A DNA stretch of 42,838 nucleotides from Deltaproteobacteria bacterium (lineage in GTDB: Bacteria > Desulfobacterota > DSM-4660 > Desulfatiglandales > Desulfatiglandaceae): NCBI GenBank assembly GCA_021737785.1, contig JAIPDI010000046.1, forward strand, positions 1-42,838, written 5' to 3'. The first letter of the stretch is position 1; each line of letters begins with the position of its first letter. Position numbers and translations under genes: made by a program. Of this stretch, positions 37,346-42,838 are shown piece after piece. A model generated the notes under the pieces. It was not told the origin of the DNA, searched no databases, and saw only the letters and a program-made list of their open reading frames with translations.

Positions 37346-38056
37346 TCACCGTCCACCGCCAAGCAGGTCTTTAAGTCGTCGAAATCGCTTTGCTCTTGAG
37401 ATGCGTTTCCTGAGTCGTCTGGTCATGTGAGCATCCTCGTCAAGGTCTTCCAGCATTGTCAGCATGCTTTCTGCCCTTTTCAATTCATTGATCTCCATGA
37501 AATAGAGTCCAAGCAGGCCGAAAAAGGAGACGGCCTCCGTTACGTGAAAGGCGTTTCTTTCCGGGTAAAGGAGCTTCAGATCGAACTTATGTTCCACTAT
37601 TTCTGGTATCTTTTCAGTTTCACCCCTTTGCAGGCAAATCTCTGCATAATTCATTTTGGCGAATAGGTATCCGGGATTTCTTCGGTAGTTTTCCTCAACG
37701 ATTTCAATCATCTTATTTGAATCCCCGACATGTGAATAGGCCCCGGCCAGATAATTGCAGATACGCGGGTGTTCGGGATAGAGGCCCCTTAATTCCTCCA
37801 GTCGAGGGATGGCTTCCTTGGGTTTTTCAACTGACAAAAGATAGAGCTCGCTGATTTCTTTCTCGATTTTTGCTGGTACCAGATGCGAATACTCATCGTC
37901 GATCGGATCGTATGTAATTGAATAACTTATTAAATCCATGACCTTGGCGTCATCTCTCTGTTGGCTCCTCTTGGATGCCGGTGCAGCCATCCGTCTTGCC
38001 GTGGGCTGTCTGCGTTTTACCTTTCGATGATTTGCCGTTTTTTTTGTCTTTTTCAT
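37346..38056 (-). CDS. Hypothetical protein with a strongly basic N-terminus (KKTKKTANHRKVKRRQPTARR) and an acidic helical body
   Basis: Start at MKKTKKT (the track ORF starts 21 codons earlier, overlapping the upstream gene). Immediately downstream of the DUF5131 gene on the same strand. Confidence 0.5.
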   Translation of the reverse strand: MKKTKKTANHRKVKRRQPTARRMAAPASKRSQQRDDAKVMDLISYSITYDPIDDEYSHLVPAKIEKEISELYLLSVEKPKEAIPRLEELRGLYPEHPRICNYLAGAYSHVGDSNKMIEIVEENYRRNPGYLFAKMNYAEICLQRGETEKIPEIVEHKFDLKLLYPERNAFHVTEAVSFFGLLGLYFMEINELKRAESMLTMLEDLDEDAHMTRRLRKRISRAKRFRRLKDLLGGGR

Positions 38057-38060
38057 AGAA

Positions 38061-38900
38061 TCAATCACTCTCTTTTCGCTGCGTCGCAGAGACCGACCCC
38101 GCCAGTGCCGGCATCTCATCCCAGGTCCGGCCGAGGAGGTGTCTCCCGTTGGCCTTTCTGGATCGCCGCTTGCCGTCCGGTCCCCAGACGCCCCATTGTT
38201 TGAAAAAAAAGGGGACCTGCCCCAAATCGCACTGGTCTTTGATTGATTGCACCCACGCGGGTTTCATGGGTCTGGCGCGGGGCCCGGATTCTCCGCCCAC
38301 GATCACCCAATGGATGCCGGCAAGATCGAGATCCCCCAGGTCCTCCAGCAGGGGCTCCATGCAGAGGAATCGGACCGGGGCATCGATGGTTTTGAGGGTC
38401 GCCATCCTTGGGAGACCGTGTTCCCGGTTTTCCACGGTCACACCGATCCAGACGTTTTTCGGGACCTCTCTGGAGGACAGGAAGCGGGCCATCCTGTCGG
38501 CCCGCTTGGTGAGCAGCTGATAGATGTGCCGGGGCGTCTGTGCCATGACGGCGAATATCCGGTCGATAAAATCGTCCGGCACGGCCTTGTGAAACACATC
38601 GCTCATGGAATTGACAAAGTAGACAGTCGGTTTCCGGCGCAACAGGGGGGCGTTCAGTCTATCGGGATGGACCGTCAGGGTGAACCCGTTCGCGTACCCT
38701 TTCATGCCCATGGCTTTCAGACGCAGGGCCATCCTCTCCGCAAAGCAGTTCTGACAGCCCGGCGACACCTTGGTGCACCCGGTACATGGGTTCCAGCTCT
38801 GCTCGGTCCATTCGATGGTGCTCCGCGTCGTCACCCAGACAATCCTCCGATTCCCTCCAGGCCTGTCGACAAATGGTGCTCCCCGATCGATTTTCCCCAT
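38061..38900 (-). CDS. Phage Gp37/Gp68-family protein (DUF5131)
   Basis: 279 aa. STIEWTEQSWNPCTGCTKVSPGCQNCFAE is the family N-terminal Cys motif. Confidence 0.75.
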   Translation of the reverse strand: MGKIDRGAPFVDRPGGNRRIVWVTTRSTIEWTEQSWNPCTGCTKVSPGCQNCFAERMALRLKAMGMKGYANGFTLTVHPDRLNAPLLRRKPTVYFVNSMSDVFHKAVPDDFIDRIFAVMAQTPRHIYQLLTKRADRMARFLSSREVPKNVWIGVTVENREHGLPRMATLKTIDAPVRFLCMEPLLEDLGDLDLAGIHWVIVGGESGPRARPMKPAWVQSIKDQCDLGQVPFFFKQWGVWGPDGKRRSRKANGRHLLGRTWDEMPALAGSVSATQRKESD

Positions 38901-39283
38901 CGAGGCGGCCCGGCGACCATGCTGAGGCTACACCATTTTGGATGACGAGACAACATCGCGATTTCACATACACTCAGCGAATCAGAATCGGTGAAAGGGG
39001 GTTTTCTTTTGTCGGCCTCTGAACGACAAACGAAAAAGGCAAATCCCTTTGCGTCCTTTGAGCGGTTCATGGGTCCATGCCATCAGAAAAGAACCGTCTG
39101 CGGCACACCCAATGCCGGGGATAGACCCCGATGCCCGGGAAACCCGCCAGACACGCCTTATAGTATTGGTACCCCTTGGGGTCAACGACAAAGTGCCGAT
39201 GTGCGGCCCTGCATCCGGCAGGCCAGGGGATAGGACCCGGCCGCTCCACCGTGGCAGATGCGCAGCTTCACGGTCCCGCCTCT

Positions 39284-39373
39284 CTACACTGGCAGGTCGC
39301 TCCCGTCGTACTCAATCAGCCGGGCCACATCGGATTCGTCAAAGCGGTGCTGGGCGGTTTTGGCGATGATCAT
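39284..39373 (-). CDS. 29-codon mini-ORF (MIIAKTAQHRFDESDVARLIEYDGSDLPV) with a near-ideal RBS
   Basis: GGGAGG sits 8 nt upstream of the ATG. It lies immediately 3' of a minus-strand terminator-like hairpin. No homology recognised. Could be a leader peptide, a small protein or a relic. Confidence 0.3.
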   Translation of the reverse strand: MIIAKTAQHRFDESDVARLIEYDGSDLPV

Positions 39374-39402
39374 GGATGGGACCTCCCGTCGTTGGCTCGT
39401 GG

Positions 39403-39447
39403 GATAAGAAACAAAAAGGCCGGTACGGATTGCCTCCCTGCCGGCCT
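39403..39447 (-). terminator. Candidate intrinsic terminator on the minus strand (AGGCCGG...CCGGCCT stem with an interrupted inner stem, then UUUUUGUUUCUU)
   Basis: Read by eye. No annotated ORF lies upstream of it on that strand (39455-40178 has no ORF in the track). Confidence 0.4.
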
Positions 39448-40178
39448 AGACTCTCGCCTCGGGCGAATCAGGTCATTTAAGCCAACTTTCAAACAAAAAT
39501 CCTTGACAAACGACAAAAATCGGATACATAAAAGGCCTATCCAAAAACTCGGCAACTCTTCACCTCACAGCCCAACCCATAGCGCAGCTTAGGCACCCCC
39601 TCAACCCATCCTCTTTTCCCGTAACAGCGTTGATTCGGACAGCGATTGGCAAGGAGCTTATTATCTCTTTTCTAAAAAAAGTTTAGCGACCATTCAAAAA
39701 GGCGTCTTTTGAGAGTCGCTGGAAACGTAGGCATATACCAGGTTTTGGGTGACCCGAAATCTGTGGGATTTCCAAAAGATACCTTTTGTATCCTTCACTT
39801 ATTGACTTTTCAACCTTTCATTTTGTAGCCTTCACGAATTGGCGAGTGCTCAGAGACGATGATCATGCACGTAGTCCTTTCCCGAGGGCAATGCCATACA
39901 CAAAGAAACCTTAGGCAAGCTGTTTTATTTTTCAATCCCAAAATTTGCCACAATAAGCCGATCCGTGTAACCGAATTTTCCTTGACATTAAACGGCTTCT
40001 CTATATGAAATAGGATTCGCTATTAGTATTATCCATTCTTTCCCCCAGTGAACAAAACAACATAACTTTAACCTTCTGGAGTCTGTCATGATACAACTCA
40101 ATCGGAAGGTTCCAATTAAAAAGCCTCCAAGGGACTTTTGTATGTCCATGGGGGCTTTTCAATTTACTGGGTCATCCC

Positions 40179-42539
40179 ATGAACACAGAAAGATTTGAGC
40201 GCAAACTGACCGCTATCCTAAGCGCCGATGTCAAAGGGTACAGTCGTCTCATGAGGGCCGATGAGGATGAGACTGTCCGGACGCTCACGGCTTACCGAAG
40301 GGCTATCGCCAGGCTTGTCGTGAAATACCGCGGGAGGGTGGTGGATTCTCCGGGCGATAATCTCCTGGCCGAATTTGGGAGTGGTTTAGATGCGGTGAAT
40401 TGCGCTGTAGAGATTCAGCGGGAACTCGCCGAGCGAAATGAGGAGTTAACCCCTGAGCGCAAGATGGAATTTCGCATCGGTGTCAACTCAGGGGATGTTA
40501 TTCAGGAAGGAGAACGGATCTACGGGGACGGTGTCAACATCGCAGCGAGAGTCGAGGGCTTGGCTGCAGGGGGAGGGATTTCCATCTCTGGGACGGTGTA
40601 TGACAGCATTGAGGGTAAGCTGGGATTGGAGTTTGAGTATCAGGGGGAGCACGAGGTCAAGAATATTGACAAACCGATACGAGTGTATCGAATTCTATCT
40701 TATCCTGGCGCAGCCGCTCACAGAGTTATAAAGGCGAAAAGGGCTGTAGGAAAAACATGGCGTAATGTTGTCTTGTCAATAGTCGTTGTCCTTATTCTGG
40801 GTGGAGGGGCCTTGGCAGTCTGGCACTCTTACTTACGTCCCTCACCTACTAAGGTGGAGGTTGCCTCCAAAAAAGCCCCTGCTCCTAAGTCATCCGACAA
40901 GACGCCAATACCTGTATCTGATGAGCCCTCTATCGCAGTTCTCCCTTTTGCCAACATCAGCGGCGACCCAAAGGAAGACTATCTGAGTGACGGGATCACT
41001 GAACAGATTATCACGGCGCTGTCCAAAACACCACGGATGTTGGTGATTGCCCGCAATTCGGTCTTTACCTACAAAGGCAAGCCCGTGATGGTGCAGCAGG
41101 TCAGCGAGGAGCTGGGTGTGCGGTATGTGCTGGAGGGAAGTGTTCAAAAATCGGGAGACAAACTGCGGATCACGGCCCAGCTCATTGATGCCAGGACAGG
41201 GAATCACCTATGGTCGGAACGCTACGACCGGGACCTGAAAGACCTGTTTGCCCTCCAGGATGGTATCACGAAGAACGTGATAACGGCCTTGCAGGTTAAA
41301 CTAACAGAGGGAGAGACTGCGTCTGGTTTAGGCAAAGGCACAAAAAACCTGGAGGCATACCTGAAATTGTTGAAGGGGCGATACCATCATTTGCGCTTTA
41401 ATAAAAATGATAATGAGATAGCCCGACGGTTATATGGAGAGGCCATTGCATTGGACCCCAATTATGCCCGCCCATATGTACTATTGGCCTGGACTTATTT
41501 CCATGAAGCCGAGTTTGGATGGACCAAAACCCCTGGAAAATCATATGAGAAGGCTGTAGAACTGGCAAAGAAGCCACTCTCCCTTAATGAACAAAGCCCC
41601 CGAGCTTACATGGTGTTAGCCAATGTGTATGCTAAGACAGGGCAATTTGACAAGGCTGTGGCTGCGCAAAAAAAAGCCTTAGCCCTCGATCCCGCCAGCT
41701 CTCTTATAAACGCCTTCTCTGGCAATGCTCTGTTCAGTGCGGGCAAGTTCAAGGAAGCTATTCCATTTTTTGAGAAGGCGATCCGTATAGACCCCAAACA
41801 CCCAAGCTGGTACCTCTCTCCATTGGGCGGGGCCTATTTCTGGACAGGCCAGTATGAGAAGGCTATTGCGATAGCTAAAAAAGGGGTCAGTCACGCGCCT
41901 AAGAACGCTGACGCACATGCCTATTTAGGGGTTGCTCTTATTGCTGCAGGCAAGCCGGAGGAAGCCGTTGGGATGCTTGACAAAGCGTTGAGCCTGAACC
42001 CGGATAGTCTAGGTTGGTACAGTCCAGGTTGGTACGCAGGCAACTTAGCCGTTGCCCGTGCCTGCACGGGACAAACTGAGGAAGCCATTACAACGATGCA
42101 GGAAGTGTTTAATCGTAACCCTAAAGATGCTGAATCCTGCCGTAATTTGTCATGGGTTCTGATCCTTACAGGGCGGCACGAGGAAGCCCTTTCGATGGCT
42201 AAAAAATCAATAAGCCTCAGACCTAAGCCTGAACGTGAACCGTTTGTCTATGAGACTTTAGGTTTTTCATATCTTGTGATGGGCCAGTATGAAGAGGCGA
42301 TCGCAGCATTTAAGAAAGCGATCGATCTTTGGCCTGACTTTTTGTCTTCGCACATTGGTTTGACAGCATCTTATAGCCTGTCAGGCCGTATGGAAGACGC
42401 TGGTGCTGAAGCCGAAGAGATTCTGAGAATAAATCCGAGAACCTCTTTGGAGAGTATTGGTAAGTATGGTTGGTATAATTTTCAGAGGGCCACCAAGGAA
42501 CGCTTAATCGACGCTCTGCAGAAGGCTGGTTTGAAGTGA
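40179..42539 (+). CDS. Class III adenylate/guanylate cyclase (CHD) - TM - TolB-N-like domain - TPR repeat protein
   Basis: 786 aa. Cyclase domain (ILSADVKGYSRLM...SPGDNLLAEFGS...GVNIAARVEGLA). One TM (VVLSIVVVLILGGGALAV). Then IAVLPFANISGDPKEDYLSDGITEQI. Then about 10 TPR-like repeats. Confidence 0.85.
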   Translation: MNTERFERKLTAILSADVKGYSRLMRADEDETVRTLTAYRRAIARLVVKYRGRVVDSPGDNLLAEFGSGLDAVNCAVEIQRELAERNEELTPERKMEFRIGVNSGDVIQEGERIYGDGVNIAARVEGLAAGGGISISGTVYDSIEGKLGLEFEYQGEHEVKNIDKPIRVYRILSYPGAAAHRVIKAKRAVGKTWRNVVLSIVVVLILGGGALAVWHSYLRPSPTKVEVASKKAPAPKSSDKTPIPVSDEPSIAVLPFANISGDPKEDYLSDGITEQIITALSKTPRMLVIARNSVFTYKGKPVMVQQVSEELGVRYVLEGSVQKSGDKLRITAQLIDARTGNHLWSERYDRDLKDLFALQDGITKNVITALQVKLTEGETASGLGKGTKNLEAYLKLLKGRYHHLRFNKNDNEIARRLYGEAIALDPNYARPYVLLAWTYFHEAEFGWTKTPGKSYEKAVELAKKPLSLNEQSPRAYMVLANVYAKTGQFDKAVAAQKKALALDPASSLINAFSGNALFSAGKFKEAIPFFEKAIRIDPKHPSWYLSPLGGAYFWTGQYEKAIAIAKKGVSHAPKNADAHAYLGVALIAAGKPEEAVGMLDKALSLNPDSLGWYSPGWYAGNLAVARACTGQTEEAITTMQEVFNRNPKDAESCRNLSWVLILTGRHEEALSMAKKSISLRPKPEREPFVYETLGFSYLVMGQYEEAIAAFKKAIDLWPDFLSSHIGLTASYSLSGRMEDAGAEAEEILRINPRTSLESIGKYGWYNFQRATKERLIDALQKAGLK

Positions 42540-42838
42540 GATGAATATGCGTCTTGGAGGAATGAAGCCTGTACGAAAGCCCTGTCCTGTATGACAGTTT
42601 TGTACCTGAAAATTCAAAAAGATAATTGAGGTTTTCTGATATTTAGGGAAACCTTCTGATGCAAGATGCCTATATTATCCTTGAATTGGCCGGGGTTCTG
42701 GGTTACTTTTGGTAGTCCTAAATAAATTGACTAACTAATAAGTGCAGAATACGACACGGATGCTGAAAACTTCCCTGCGAAAATGTCATCCTCCCGAATC
42801 CATAGAATAGGGAACTGCCTTAAGGTCAAAGATTCGTC

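Noticed and set aside
38247-38945. 232-aa + strand ORF antisense to the DUF5131 gene
   Set aside because: The DUF5131 N-terminal Cys motif is on the minus strand.
39049-39369. 106-aa + strand ORF and overlapping minus ORFs in the 38.9-39.4 kb GC-rich stretch
   Set aside because: Arg/Pro/Gly-rich translations typical of random high-GC sequence. No RBS.
1-42838. Sigma-54 promoters (TGGCAC-N5-TTGC) given that rpoN is in the window
   Set aside because: Candidates near 5990 (TGGCCTgtgaaTGCC), 7540 (TGGTATccattTTCG) and 29715 have wrong GG-GC spacing or mismatched -12 elements. None is good enough to call.
1-42838. CRISPR arrays / rRNA genes
   Set aside because: No regularly spaced direct repeats and no rRNA-like conserved stretches seen.

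Overview
This 42.8-kb window looks like a bacterial chromosomal segment. It contains a syntenic Gram-negative housekeeping backbone followed by a mosaic accessory stretch. All family assignments are made by eye from motifs, with no database search.

The backbone runs, on the + strand, kdsA-kdsC-lptC-lptA-lptB-rpoN-hpf-ptsN, then a mannose-type EIIA and rimI. This is the E. coli kdsC...ptsN order, but with kdsA ahead of kdsC and no rapZ, hprK or HPr. It is followed by gap-tpiA (no pgk), secG, tRNA-Leu(GAG) and an intrinsic terminator.

A long minus-strand unit follows: GAF-GAF histidine kinase, then a cNMP-binding/PAS membrane protein, then an Mla-like lipid transporter (STAS-fused MlaE permease, MlaF ATPase, MCE protein, DUF330/PqiC-like lipoprotein).

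The middle of the window is rich in cyclic-nucleotide signalling: three small cNMP-binding proteins (one fused to PilZ) around a TtcA-like tRNA thiolase, and a class-III nucleotidyl cyclase with a TPR array at the right end.

The most notable single call is a HesB/IscA-like gene interrupted by an in-frame TGA exactly where the first conserved cysteine (GGCSG) should be. It is best read as a selenocysteine codon in a HesB-like selenoprotein that the ORF track split into two ORFs.

The remaining accessory or mobile content is:
- a zinc-ribbon protein plus an SPFH/zinc-ribbon protein (YdjG/YdjI-like, PspA-network type);
- an IS200-like Y1 transposase truncated at the HuH motif;
- a DUF4143 AAA+ ATPase;
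- a start-less coding remnant;
- a HicAB toxin-antitoxin pair;
- a ~20-codon group II intron RT relic;
- a DUF5131 (Gp37Gp68) protein;
- a 1.28-kb ORF-free stretch carrying an orphan minus-strand terminator followed by a strongly RBS-preceded 29-codon ORF.

No CRISPR array or rRNA was seen.
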